In this document: piece by piece, positions 20,101 through 28,679 of the stretch | How positions within the stretch are numbered: position 1 is the first letter of the stretch | How the letters are laid out: each line of letters opens with the position of its first letter | Assembly (NCBI GenBank): GCA_046595995.1 | Contig: JBKJNB010000037.1 | Location: 21,403 to 85,402, forward strand | Reading direction: 5' to 3' | Source of the DNA: Candidatus Kapaibacteriota bacterium | GTDB taxonomy: Bacteria > Bacteroidota > Ignavibacteria > Kapaibacteriales > Kapaibacteriaceae | DNA: 64,000 bases | The notes under the pieces: generated by a model | Database searches by the model: none | What the model saw: only the letters and a program-made list of their open reading frames with translations | Told to the model about the DNA's origin: nothing | Program-made: the position numbers and the translations under genes

Positions 20101-20726
20101 ACCGGCGGTGGTGTCTTGTCGATGATGGCGCCAATCCACTGCGTCGTGAAGTTGCTTGTTCTCGTGCGCACCGAGTCGAGTCTTGTGTTCAGCTCGTTGC
20201 CGCGCGCGTCCTTCAGAGACCGTGTGGCGGCAATCTTTAAGCCGAACGTAATGGTTTGTCCTGCCGATACGTGCCCAAAGTCAATCCTGTGGTAGAGCGC
20301 ACGACTTGTGCTGTCCTTGATTGCGATAACCGTAGAATCATCAGCATTCTTCGCACCTGCAATCAGTCCGGTCTCCCCTTCGCTCACGACATAAATTGTA
20401 GCGGCCTCGCTTCTCCTTGGCGGTCTTTTTGACACCCACTCTACTAGAGTGACATTGCCCGGCAAGGAGCTGACCTTGTCGGGAAGCACCATAAGGTTGT
20501 TCTCGACAATGAAGACCTTGTCTTTGGTAACCGTTATTGCCGTCGTGCCACGCGTAACCGTAAGCTGTGTACGCGACCTCGGGTAGCCCCTGGCGTCGAT
20601 CTGCGAGTTGTCTGCGAACGGCACAATTCGTACCGTTAGCTGCGCATTAGCAGCGATAGTGCACACAATCAGACACATTAAAACGACGAAAGAGGGCATG
20701 GATATCCGGACTTGGAAGGGGGGCAC
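17127..20726 (-). CDS. Large T9SS-secreted protein: WD40-like beta-propeller, Ig-like (ASH/choice-of-anchor D-like) repeats and CTD
   Basis: Signal peptide ...TIAANA|Q, SPNGGE Ser/Thr-rich module, repeated 'vsFSaDG/AFSPTAR/DFSQVG' blades, Ig repeats 'DFGDVCVG...LRNTG', CTD VQPNPA...PGVYTVIL. Start at GTG 20726 or ATG 20699. Confidence 0.8.
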   Translation of the reverse strand: MPPFQVRISMPSFVVLMCLIVCTIAANAQLTVRIVPFADNSQIDARGYPRSRTQLTVTRGTTAITVTKDKVFIVENNLMVLPDKVSSLPGNVTLVEWVSKRPPRRSEAATIYVVSEGETGLIAGAKNADDSTVIAIKDSTSRALYHRIDFGHVSAGQTITFGLKIAATRSLKDARGNELNTRLDSVRTRTSNFTTQWIGAIIDKTPPPVDMVPAFDYRLNLIFKPLTDAPVADILSAYYSNGFREDILLLANPAPYPRAPILQMVSPNGGEKFAPCQKVIVRWKGMERGYSVFLELSTNNGRSWRSIDSTIDSSYVWTVPPTLSDSARIRVSQRLQSNFDRFAVGERVPTTTVSFSADGSRFAVGYTNRKIVEFSTATAQIIGTYDVADVAGNAMVASITYVPGTSNLVAAIRTSAGAAAELQQFSQGIAAPVARVALPRSMRVSAVGTDSAGTTVFVVPQLGSRILTYAAATLDSTASIILNAPASATTMRRNRVTVMQLDGSIVTYDASTKQEAERTPTNFAADSYAVIDNIDISTTGLAALGGRASASNPTYMIDRATSMPRQVINRVGAITQVACAFSPTARYLGLGFMGQEQFELYDVESGVRLQSLTGSLGHIGLLSDLDFSQVGNAIVSTSLDSTNNVLLKKFTTPEDDISDGVFGIIGSQLGNAIVALPPVLIGSVLDTTLNGRICNTGTVPVVVSSGSFQSGQVFTLPDGILTDTLLVGECLDLRIRAVIADTGRLADTLLVVSCGTVFRIPFELQRIDRSLAIVGDLTDFGDVCVGQRLIKKFTMLRNTGADSVRINNTQVKVPAQFRVMNAVFDTTLPPGGTLDIEVEFAPTRTGFDTASVVIRYADQNTVRRMWRVTGRGAGADVRLSHTALPFIPEAPLRTITIYNSSDNAVTITSGMITAGAPFSLLSTMPLVIGARDSVTLTVRYDGGSVGAPAALALQYEPCATSADIPLSLYRGTVKLSIPVISADPRTNTTIPILADLSEEVPYNGMRRVEGSFSVDPQLFLAQEIQATVGTATIVSQDIINNARIVRFTVEGVFGDTNEIARLVGPAGLGRADSSLLVLDTTSAWFGASVSNAYTDGVLRIVNPNPGRKILDRASLAITSVQPNPAADYVDVQVQSQKTTIATMRIVDANSIVVFENVLVSSGPIASTHTLHVSALTPGVYTVILATGDATAAASFIVVR

Positions 20727-20753
20727 AGACGTTTGAAACTGAAAAATCGTTAC

Positions 20754-20831
20754 AAGGGGTAGAAGGGGCTAGAGGCCGGAGGGTAAAAAGGGGCTAGAGG
20801 CCGGAGGGTAAAAGGGGCTACGGGTTCGGGG
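20754..20831. repeat. ~25-bp G-rich tandem repeat (AAGGGGCTAGAGGCCGGAGGGTAA[A] x2 plus partial) with G-quadruplex potential
   Basis: Units at 20763-20787 and 20788-20811, partial 20812-20820. G-tracts at 20806-08, 20814-17, 20822-24 and 20828-31 fit G3+N1-7 x4. Confidence 0.85.
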
Positions 20832-20835
20832 CCGT

Positions 20836-21612
20836 CTAGGAAACGTACCGACGCAAGAACTCCACTACGACTGGGTCGGTGGTGGCGCGAAGTTCGTCTA
20901 CGTTTCCTTCGAAATGAACTAATCCACCTTCAAGCATCACGACGTGGTCTGCGATGTTGAAGACACTAAAGATGTCGTGAGAGATAACAACAGACGTTGC
21001 ATCGATGGTGTTGTCGAGCGTTTCAATGAGATCGTCGATCTGTTGCGATGTAATAGGGTCGAGTCCGGTCGTCGGCTCGTCATAGAAGATGTAATCTGGC
21101 TTTCCGACAAGCGCACGCGCCACACCAACGCGTTTGCGCATACCACCTGAGAGGTCGCTAGGTTTTTTAAGTTTTAGGTTCGCGTACTCGCCTTCGTATA
21201 CAGGCGTGCCTGCTCTGGTAAGCGAGGGAAGGAGGCCAACTGCGGAGAGGACACGTCGAGCTTCGCCGTCAAGTAGTACTGCATCGGTTACACCGTGCTC
21301 GACGAGTGACATCACAACATTGTCGAAGACATTCATCGAATCGAACAACGCAGCGCCTTGAAAAACGTAGCCGATGTGCGTGCGCATACGGAACAACTGC
21401 TCTTGCGTCATCATGCTAATGTCTTGTCCGTCTACAGCCACCGTACCTTCATCTGGTGCAAGAAGCCCAACGATAAGTTTGAGCAGCACGCTCTTGCCGC
21501 AACCCGAACGTCCTATAATGCATGTCGTTTCCCCAGCCTTGATGGTTAGGTCTACTCCGCGCAGAACGGTCTTTTCTCCGAAGGATTTCTTGAGGTCTTT
21601 GATTTCGATCAT
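20836..21612 (-). CDS. mlaF: ABC transporter ATP-binding protein, MlaF/Mkl-like
   Basis: [40 protein letters not shown] and [10 protein letters not shown]. Confidence 0.8.
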   Translation of the reverse strand: MIEIKDLKKSFGEKTVLRGVDLTIKAGETTCIIGRSGCGKSVLLKLIVGLLAPDEGTVAVDGQDISMMTQEQLFRMRTHIGYVFQGAALFDSMNVFDNVVMSLVEHGVTDAVLLDGEARRVLSAVGLLPSLTRAGTPVYEGEYANLKLKKPSDLSGGMRKRVGVARALVGKPDYIFYDEPTTGLDPITSQQIDDLIETLDNTIDATSVVISHDIFSVFNIADHVVMLEGGLVHFEGNVDELRATTDPVVVEFLRRYVS

Positions 21613-23393
21613 GCAGCGACATACCGACGTTTTACGACATCGATCGTTCCGAGCGGGATTGCGTTAATGAGGCGACGTGTGTAGTCGTCTTTCGGGTTGG
21701 CATAGATTTCGTTTGCGGTACCAGTCTCCACAATCTTTCCAGCGTTCATTACTGCTATACGATCGCTGATGAACTTCACAACACTCAAGTCGTGGGAGAT
21801 AAAGATGTACGTAAGCTTGAATTCCTCGCGCAAATCCACGAGCAGATTAAGAACCTGAGCCTGAACGGATACGTCGAGAGCACTAACAGATTCATCACAG
21901 ATGAGGAGCTTGGGCTCGACGGCAAGGGCGCGTGCGATGCATATACGCTGACGCTGCCCGCCTGAAAATTCATGGGGATAGTTCGAAAAATGACGTCGCA
22001 GAAGACCCACCTTGTCTAGCAGGTACATAACGCGTTCGCGGCGCTCCGTGTCGTTCGCGCCAATGCCGTGTACCTGTAGAACTTCCATGATTGCGCTGCC
22101 AACGCTCAGGCGTGGATTCAGTGATGAATACGGATCTTGAAAGATGATTTGAAAATCTCTGCGTGTTGCTTTAAGGTCATGTGTGTCGAGTGAGCGGACA
22201 TCCTTGCCGTCAAAGATTACCGTACCACCTGTTGGCTCGACAAGACGTAGGACGGCACGGCCAGTAGTAGTCTTGCCACAACCCGATTCACCAACAAGAC
22301 CAAGTGTTTCGCCAGGTTTCACATTAAACGTGATGCCGTCTACAGCCTTTACGTAGCCAGTGACCTTGCCGAAGAGACCAGTCTTGATTGGAAAGTGGAC
22401 CTCGAGATTCGTGACTTCGAGAAGCGGTTTCTCAGTAGCGAGCGACGCATTGCGTGCGTCGATTTCAGCGGGCGAAAATTCGAGTTCGTGTACTCGGTGC
22501 TCAACCGTGTCATGCATACGCTCGACGATTGTACCGTCGGGCATCTCGTCCATGAAGTCACGTACCGTCGGCAGAATGCGAAGCTTCTTATCGAGACGTG
22601 GCCGGCAGGCCAGGAGCCCCTTCGTGTAGGGGTGCTGCGGGTCTTCGAAGATTTGCTGTACAGGCCCCTTTTCAACAATCTTGCCACGATACATTACAAT
22701 TACGTCGTCTGCAATCTCTGCAATAACACCGAGGTCGTGTGTGATGAACATCATGCTCATTCCGCGGTCTTGCTGAAGCTGACGCATGAGGTCGAGGATT
22801 GTCGCTTGCACGGTAACGTCGAGCGCAGTGGTGGGCTCGTCGGCAATAAGGAGCTCTGGGTTACAAGACATCGCCATTGCAATCATCACGCGCTGTTTTT
22901 GTCCGCCCGAAAGCTGGTGCGGATACGACACCATCATGTTTTCCGGACGTGGCAGTTGCACTTCATTCATTAGGTGGAGCGTACGCTTGGTCGCTTCCGC
23001 CGTACTTACTTTCTGATGAAGTTTAATAGCCTCGATAATCTGATCGCCACACGTAAACACCGGATTCAGCGACGTCATGGGCTCCTGAAAGATCATGGCG
23101 ATGCGATTACCGCGGTAGTCGCGCATTCTGTCTTCGGACACCTTTAGCAGGTCTGTAATCGAGCCATCCGGTTCGTGCAGTAGCACCTGGCCACTCAGGA
23201 TACGTCCGGGTGGGTCCTGAATGAGCCGCATAACGCTCAGGCTGGTTACGGACTTACCCGAACCCGACTCGCCAACGATGCCAAGGGTGCGGCCTTTGTT
23301 CACGGAAAAACTCACGTCGTCTACGGCACGCACGGTGTACGTATCGGAGCGAAACTCGGTAACGAGGTTGGAGACTTCTAGCAACGGTGTCAT
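21609..23393 (-). CDS. Fused two-domain peptide/nickel-type ABC ATPase (OppD-OppF / YejF-like)
   Basis: Two NBDs: GESGSGKS...LSGGQKQR...DEPTTALD and GESGCGKT...FSGGQRQR...DESVSALD. Also HPYTKGLL. Confidence 0.92.
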   Translation of the reverse strand: MTPLLEVSNLVTEFRSDTYTVRAVDDVSFSVNKGRTLGIVGESGSGKSVTSLSVMRLIQDPPGRILSGQVLLHEPDGSITDLLKVSEDRMRDYRGNRIAMIFQEPMTSLNPVFTCGDQIIEAIKLHQKVSTAEATKRTLHLMNEVQLPRPENMMVSYPHQLSGGQKQRVMIAMAMSCNPELLIADEPTTALDVTVQATILDLMRQLQQDRGMSMMFITHDLGVIAEIADDVIVMYRGKIVEKGPVQQIFEDPQHPYTKGLLACRPRLDKKLRILPTVRDFMDEMPDGTIVERMHDTVEHRVHELEFSPAEIDARNASLATEKPLLEVTNLEVHFPIKTGLFGKVTGYVKAVDGITFNVKPGETLGLVGESGCGKTTTGRAVLRLVEPTGGTVIFDGKDVRSLDTHDLKATRRDFQIIFQDPYSSLNPRLSVGSAIMEVLQVHGIGANDTERRERVMYLLDKVGLLRRHFSNYPHEFSGGQRQRICIARALAVEPKLLICDESVSALDVSVQAQVLNLLVDLREEFKLTYIFISHDLSVVKFISDRIAVMNAGKIVETGTANEIYANPKDDYTRRLINAIPLGTIDVVKRRYVAA

Positions 23394-23402
23394 TAGGCGA
23401 AT

Positions 23403-24710
23403 CTAGGCAGACTGTGAGGATTTCAGGGCGCGGACTTCGCGCGTTAGGTAAGCGTTCGCGAGGAGACGTCCGATGCTCATTGCGGCTGCAGCAGCGATTG
23501 CCCCCGGCCAAGAGGTAAATGCCACGAGGCATGCCATTACGAAGGCAACCGACACAACTTCTGTTACGGTGGAAAGCGTCACGGCTACATTGCGTCGCGA
23601 CGTAATGAGAATAGAACGCTGTACCGAATACATAACGGCCACAGTGGGTAGTACAATGAGAAGTTGCGCGGGCAACACAGCAAACGCTGCCAGCTCATCG
23701 GTGAGACCATACACATGCTTATATACGAGGTCGATAAGCGGCGTGAACACCAACAAACCCAGCATCACCGTGGTACCACCTGCGATGTACCAGCCAACAC
23801 GTCGAATCACGGCCTCATTCTCGCGCTTTTCACCCATCAATGCAATTCCAACTTCTTGATAGGAGAAGCCAAAGCTTCTGAATAAAAACACCATAGAGTC
23901 GACAACGGGAAGCACAGCGAGAGAAATTATTGGTAGCGGTGCTCGATTCATAAATATGGTTAGCATCGGCATTACGGCAAAACTGATGAACGAGGTCATT
24001 GCAAGTGGTAAGTGGAATCTGAAGATTTCCCTTTGTGTAAGGGGCTGCCTCGCCGGAACTCCCTCGGGTGGCTCGTCGGGCAGATTGGCGATAACCTTCT
24101 TCGCCATAAACCGGGTAGTAAACGCTTCGGCAACAACACCGCAGCTAAGTCCAAGCGTGCCGATCAGCGCCCCTGGCAACGAATTCGAAAGCACAAGAAG
24201 TCCGGCCGAACCCGCCATTACAGTAAAGCGCACAATCGTGCCCATTGCAACCAAACGGGTGTGACCGTGGCGTATAAGGACGCCTTGCATCGACCGCCGA
24301 AAACCCACTGCAGCAGGAAACGGAATCATGCCTGTCAGCGCCCAATGCATGGGTACAGCAATGTCCATGGGGAGATTCAGGATGCTTAGCGCCAACAAAT
24401 CGTAAATCGGAGGCATCACGATTAACACCATGCCCACGGTGACAAGAAGGTTCACCTTGAAAACGTATTTCTTCAGTTCTGCGAGCGAGGCTTTATCCCT
24501 AGCCAGGGCAACCGTCATCGTTAACAGGTGGATGACTGGCGACTCAATGAGCATGCCTACGGCAATTGCTACACCGTAGGCGGCAAGGTTGAGTGTGGGG
24601 TCTGCAAGGCGGGCAATAATGGCCGTAAGGACAGGTCCTTCGGCGCCCATCATTAACCATGTAGCACAGAGCGGAATCCAGAAACGAAAGACGTCGCGAG
24701 TTGACAGCAT
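23403..24710 (-). CDS. MATE/MOP-superfamily multi-pass transporter, ANKH-like
   Basis: About 12 hydrophobic segments with an internal two-fold repeat ([11 protein letters not shown] / [12 protein letters not shown]). LAAYGVA and QGVLIRH resemble ANKH motifs as I recall them. ATG 24710 preferred. Confidence 0.7.
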   Translation of the reverse strand: MLSTRDVFRFWIPLCATWLMMGAEGPVLTAIIARLADPTLNLAAYGVAIAVGMLIESPVIHLLTMTVALARDKASLAELKKYVFKVNLLVTVGMVLIVMPPIYDLLALSILNLPMDIAVPMHWALTGMIPFPAAVGFRRSMQGVLIRHGHTRLVAMGTIVRFTVMAGSAGLLVLSNSLPGALIGTLGLSCGVVAEAFTTRFMAKKVIANLPDEPPEGVPARQPLTQREIFRFHLPLAMTSFISFAVMPMLTIFMNRAPLPIISLAVLPVVDSMVFLFRSFGFSYQEVGIALMGEKRENEAVIRRVGWYIAGGTTVMLGLLVFTPLIDLVYKHVYGLTDELAAFAVLPAQLLIVLPTVAVMYSVQRSILITSRRNVAVTLSTVTEVVSVAFVMACLVAFTSWPGAIAAAAAMSIGRLLANAYLTREVRALKSSQSA

Positions 24711-24713
24711 CTG

Positions 24714-24725
24714 TGCAATATTGCA
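24714..24725. promoter_or_regulatory. Perfect 12-bp palindrome TGCAATATTGCA in the 17-bp gap between divergent start codons
   Basis: Sequence read directly; lies between ATG 24710 (-) and ATG 24728 (+). Confidence 0.5.
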
Positions 24726-24727
24726 GT

Positions 24728-25252
24728 ATGCGTTATGAAGATGTGCAGAAGACCCCACACGGACTGAAGATTCTTCTCGGTGCGGTCCTAGTTATATCGA
24801 TCGTCATCAACATGGCGGTACTTGTTGCAATCATGCAGGGCAACGATCCGGAGGCGTCCTCAGATCTTGGCTGGCTTCAACCCGGCGCATGGCTGATTAT
24901 CGCGCCTTTGATTATCATGTTTACATTCTTCATCTTCACCAGTGCAAAAATGTGGGTGTGGGTAGACGACGATGAGATCCGTGTTCGGATGCGTCCATTT
25001 CACATTGCGGATAAACACATCCGCTGGTCGGATGTCAAGTCGTTTGAAGTACGTGATGTAAGCCCCTTCGGAGAGTTCGGCGGATGGGGAATCCGCTGGA
25101 ATCCGTTCAATGGGAAAACGGGCTACATCTGGGGCGGTAAAGATGGCGTCGAGCTCACGCTTAACGACGGAAAGCGCGTCGTGATAACGGTTGCTGATGG
25201 CGACGAGCTACGTAACAGCCTAGCAGCAATCCAAAGAGTAACGACACCGTGA
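24728..25252 (+). CDS. Two-TM membrane protein with a C-terminal bacterial PH-like domain (DUF6141-like)
   Basis: Two N-terminal hydrophobic helices followed by IRWSDVKSFEVRDVSPFGEFGGWGIR...GKDGVELTLNDGKRVVI. Confidence 0.65.
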   Translation: MRYEDVQKTPHGLKILLGAVLVISIVINMAVLVAIMQGNDPEASSDLGWLQPGAWLIIAPLIIMFTFFIFTSAKMWVWVDDDEIRVRMRPFHIADKHIRWSDVKSFEVRDVSPFGEFGGWGIRWNPFNGKTGYIWGGKDGVELTLNDGKRVVITVADGDELRNSLAAIQRVTTP

Positions 25253-26451
25253 TGCCTGCCACCAGCCACTACACCTTACGCGTCATTCTCGTTGCAACTG
25301 TTCTCGCCGCCACGAACTGCGTTGCTGTTCGTGCAGCAGATACGATTCGTCTGTGCACGTATAATTCGTTGAGGTTTTCGCAGTCGAACGAAGATGGACG
25401 TGTTCCGCTGTTTCATCAGATTCTTGACTCACTACGGCCAGACATTATGGTGTGTCAGGAAGTAGAAGATGCTACGCTCGCCGTGCGTTTTATTACGGAC
25501 GTGCTCACATTCGCACCATTTGCATCGAGTCCGTTCATCGACGGCCCGGATACCGACAATCAACTACTTTACGATCAGAGTAAGTTCACGTTTATCAGCC
25601 AACGCCGTATCTCAACTACGCTGCGCGATATCGCCGAGTTTACTGTTGTGACCGTTCCAACGAACGGCGTTCAGCCAGACACAATCGTGTTGTATTCTGT
25701 CCATCTCAAAGCCTCTGACGGTAGTAGCGAAGCCGCACAGCGGGCTGCGGAGGTCAATAGGCTCATGTCTTCGGTTACGGCACACCGTTATGCCATTATC
25801 TTAGGCGACTTAAACCTGTACACTCCCAATGAAGCTGCTTATAAGTCGATTACTGGGGCGTCGGCCGTTAGACGGTTTGTAGATCCGTTAGGCACGAATT
25901 GGGTGCGCGACGTCGCATCGTCTGCAGCCATTTACACCCAATGCACGCGGATGACGAACCTCGGCTCGTGTGGTGGGGGCGTTACAGGCGGACTCGACGA
26001 TCGCTTCGACTTCATCTTCGTTAGCGAGGCGTTTGCCCCACGAATTGTACCCGGCTCGTACCGTCCGTTTGGCAACGACGGCGTGCCCAGATTAAATGCG
26101 AGCATCGACGAGCCCCCTAACACACTTGTCTCTGCTTCGATGGCAGCAGCACTCAAGTGCGCGTCAGACCACTTACCACTTTCGGTAGACATTATTGTTG
26201 GCGAAACGCCCGCAGGTATCGACGACATCGAGCAGCCATTCGCTATATCAGCAAACCCATCGTCCGGACGTTTTCAGGTTGCATTTCTTACCCCAGGGTT
26301 ACCACTACGTGTCTATGATACTCGTGGTAAACTTATTTATGAAGGCGAAGTGCTAAACAACGTTGCAATCATCGATCTTACGAATCGGCCAGTTGGCGTA
26401 TATCAGCTTCGCCATGCCAACCGCACGCTGCAGTTGTTGATTGCTCGGTAA
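25249..26451 (+). CDS. T9SS-secreted endonuclease/exonuclease/phosphatase (DNase I-like) protein
   Basis: Signal peptide, EEP motifs TYN, QEV, HLKA, GDLN, DFIF and SDH, CTD ANPSSG...YDTRGK...GVYQL. Confidence 0.88.
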   Translation: MMPATSHYTLRVILVATVLAATNCVAVRAADTIRLCTYNSLRFSQSNEDGRVPLFHQILDSLRPDIMVCQEVEDATLAVRFITDVLTFAPFASSPFIDGPDTDNQLLYDQSKFTFISQRRISTTLRDIAEFTVVTVPTNGVQPDTIVLYSVHLKASDGSSEAAQRAAEVNRLMSSVTAHRYAIILGDLNLYTPNEAAYKSITGASAVRRFVDPLGTNWVRDVASSAAIYTQCTRMTNLGSCGGGVTGGLDDRFDFIFVSEAFAPRIVPGSYRPFGNDGVPRLNASIDEPPNTLVSASMAAALKCASDHLPLSVDIIVGETPAGIDDIEQPFAISANPSSGRFQVAFLTPGLPLRVYDTRGKLIYEGEVLNNVAIIDLTNRPVGVYQLRHANRTLQLLIAR

Positions 26452-26481
26452 CCACTGTTTGCATTTCGATAGTTGCCATAG

Positions 26482-27456
26482 TTAGTAGCCGAGAAGCCAA
26501 GCGAAGATCAACGGAGCAACAATTGTTGCATCGCTCTCAATGATGTATTTCGGCGTTTCGATGCCGAGCTTGCCCCACGTTATCTTTTCATTGGGCACCG
26601 CTCCGCTATACGAACCATACGATGTGGTTGAGTCGGAGATCTGACAGAAGTATGACCAGAATGGTGTGTCTTCGCGCTCGAGATCCTGGTGCAGCATTGG
26701 CACGACACAGATTGGGAAGTCGCCTGCAATGCCACCACCGATTTGAAAAAATCCGATGCCCTTTCCACCCGAGTTTGCTGTGTACCAGTCTGCAAGCCAC
26801 ATCATGTACTCGATGCCACTCTTCATTGTTGTTGCTTGCAACTCACCTGTCACGCAATACGAAGCGAAGATGTTGCCCATCGTTGAGTCTTCCCAGCCCG
26901 GACAGATGATTGGCAGATTTTTCTCAGCAGCCGCAAGCATCCATGAGTCCTTTGGATCGATCTGATAGTACTGCTCCATCTCACGGCTCAGCAGCATCTT
27001 GTACATGAACTCATGGGGCAAGAAGCGCTCGCCCCCTTCTTGAGCCCCTTGCCATTGTTTAAAGATGTGCTTCTGGATGCGTCGGAATGCTTCTTCTTCG
27101 GGTATGCACGTGTCTGTGACGCGGTTGAAGCCATCCTGTAACAGATCCCATTCTTCTTGCGGACCCAAGTCGCGGTAGTGTGGCACGCGCTTGTAGTAAT
27201 CGTGCGCTACGAGGTTCATGATGTCCTCTTCGAGGTTGGCGCCGGTGCACGAAATAATCTGGACCTTGTCCTGACGAATCATTTCGGCCAGGGTTTTGCC
27301 GAGCTCGGCAGTACTCATGGCTCCGGCTAGGGTTATCATCATCTTGCCGCCCTCGGCAAGGTGCTTCTCGTAGCCCTTGGCAGCGTCGATGAGAGCCGCT
27401 GCGTTAAAGTGTAGATAGTGTGCTTCGATGAAGGTAGAGACTGGACCACGAGCCAT
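26482..27456 (-). CDS. Deoxyhypusine synthase-like protein (probable homospermidine synthase, SpeY-type)
   Basis: HFNAAAL, TLAGAMST, SCTGANLEED, GGGIAGDF, SYSGAVPNEKITWGK (catalytic Lys) and ESDATIVAPL. ATG 27456 preferred. Confidence 0.88.
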   Translation of the reverse strand: MARGPVSTFIEAHYLHFNAAALIDAAKGYEKHLAEGGKMMITLAGAMSTAELGKTLAEMIRQDKVQIISCTGANLEEDIMNLVAHDYYKRVPHYRDLGPQEEWDLLQDGFNRVTDTCIPEEEAFRRIQKHIFKQWQGAQEGGERFLPHEFMYKMLLSREMEQYYQIDPKDSWMLAAAEKNLPIICPGWEDSTMGNIFASYCVTGELQATTMKSGIEYMMWLADWYTANSGGKGIGFFQIGGGIAGDFPICVVPMLHQDLEREDTPFWSYFCQISDSTTSYGSYSGAVPNEKITWGKLGIETPKYIIESDATIVAPLIFAWLLGY

Positions 27457-27493
27457 TGTTTTGTTCCTTGTTTTATGCTTTTTTTTCGGGTAG

Positions 27494-27531
27494 CAAAGAT
27501 AGTTCTGCGCTGCCTTGCGTTTGTATCTTCG
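27494..27531. promoter_or_regulatory. Divergent Bacteroidota-type -7 promoter elements: TATCTTTG (- strand, 27501-27494) and TATCTTCG (+ strand, 27524-27531)
   Basis: Exact and one-mismatch fits to TAnnTTTG. The - strand element is followed by an A-rich 37-nt leader; the + strand element is 3 nt from ATG 27535. Confidence 0.6.
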
Positions 27532-27534
27532 CAA

Positions 27535-28659
27535 ATGCAAAGTGCAAATCGAACCATCGTTGTCACGCTCACTATACTCGCAGTCATCGCATCTGGCGTG
27601 GTTATTCGCGAGTTACAGAGCATTCTCATACCCTTCGTCCTTGCCGGCTTGCTCTCAGTCGTCTACCGACCCTTGGTCACGAAGATGCGCACATGGAAGA
27701 TTCCCATGGCGCTCTGCCTCCTTGCAGTGCTTGTTGTTACCGCAGGTGCGTTGTGGGGCATGTACATGATTATCTCGCTTAGTGTCGATGCTGCCATAGC
27801 GAAAGCACCGGAGTATCAGACGCGCATTAGCCAGTTGAACATTGAGTTTACTGACTTCATTAAGCGTTTTTCAAAGACGTTGTCTCTTCGCCCAGGCACG
27901 ATAAAGCCAGAGACTTGGCTAAACGCAGATTCTGTGGCTAGTGCAGCTTCAAGTGTTGCGAATAGCCTTGTTGGGTTTGCTGGTGACAGTGTTCTCATTC
28001 TGCTGTTCTTGATTTTCATGATACCTGGCGGCGAGTACTTTGCACGCAAGCTGCGCTTTGCCTTCGATGGTGTAACTACGTTCGACGTCGTTGCTGTTTA
28101 TCGCGCAGTGAATGAGAAAGTACGTCGGTACCTTGGCATCAAAACGATTCTGAACGCCGTCGTGGCCGTGTTGACGTATGTGGTACTCCTGATTTGGGGC
28201 GTGGACTTCGCAGAGCTCATTGCCTTACTCACGTTCCTAATGCACTATTTGCCGAATGTTGGTTCATTCTTGTCTACTGTCATACCCGGTGTAGTTGCAC
28301 TCGTGCAATTCGGCAGTCTCGGAGAGGCACTACTTATCGTACTGATCCTCATTGTGCTGCAGAACATCATCGGTAACATCATTGAGCCGAAGGTCATGGG
28401 AACGAGCCTCGATCTAAGTCCGGTACTCGTTCTCTTCGCCCTGGCGTTCTGGGGCTGGATGTGGGGCGTGGTGGGCATGATTCTATCGGTACCCATCATG
28501 TCTGTAACGAAGGTTGTGCTCGAGAACGTTCCGTCAACAAAGCCCTTTGCCATCCTTATGGGCGGCAACCTGAAGCCAACGACGCACAAGGTTGACCCGA
28601 AGGTCAGCACCCCAAAGATGCCTCAGGGATTCGAATCAGACAGCCCTAATACTGCCTGA
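27535..28659 (+). CDS. AI-2E family (PerM/TqsA) transporter
   Basis: ILIPFVLAGLLSVVYRPLV, YLPNVGSFL, QNIIGNIIEPKVMGTSLDLSP and WGWMWGVVGMILSVP. Confidence 0.92.
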   Translation: MQSANRTIVVTLTILAVIASGVVIRELQSILIPFVLAGLLSVVYRPLVTKMRTWKIPMALCLLAVLVVTAGALWGMYMIISLSVDAAIAKAPEYQTRISQLNIEFTDFIKRFSKTLSLRPGTIKPETWLNADSVASAASSVANSLVGFAGDSVLILLFLIFMIPGGEYFARKLRFAFDGVTTFDVVAVYRAVNEKVRRYLGIKTILNAVVAVLTYVVLLIWGVDFAELIALLTFLMHYLPNVGSFLSTVIPGVVALVQFGSLGEALLIVLILIVLQNIIGNIIEPKVMGTSLDLSPVLVLFALAFWGWMWGVVGMILSVPIMSVTKVVLENVPSTKPFAILMGGNLKPTTHKVDPKVSTPKMPQGFESDSPNTA

Positions 28660-28679
28660 GCCGCTACAGCGAATACACC

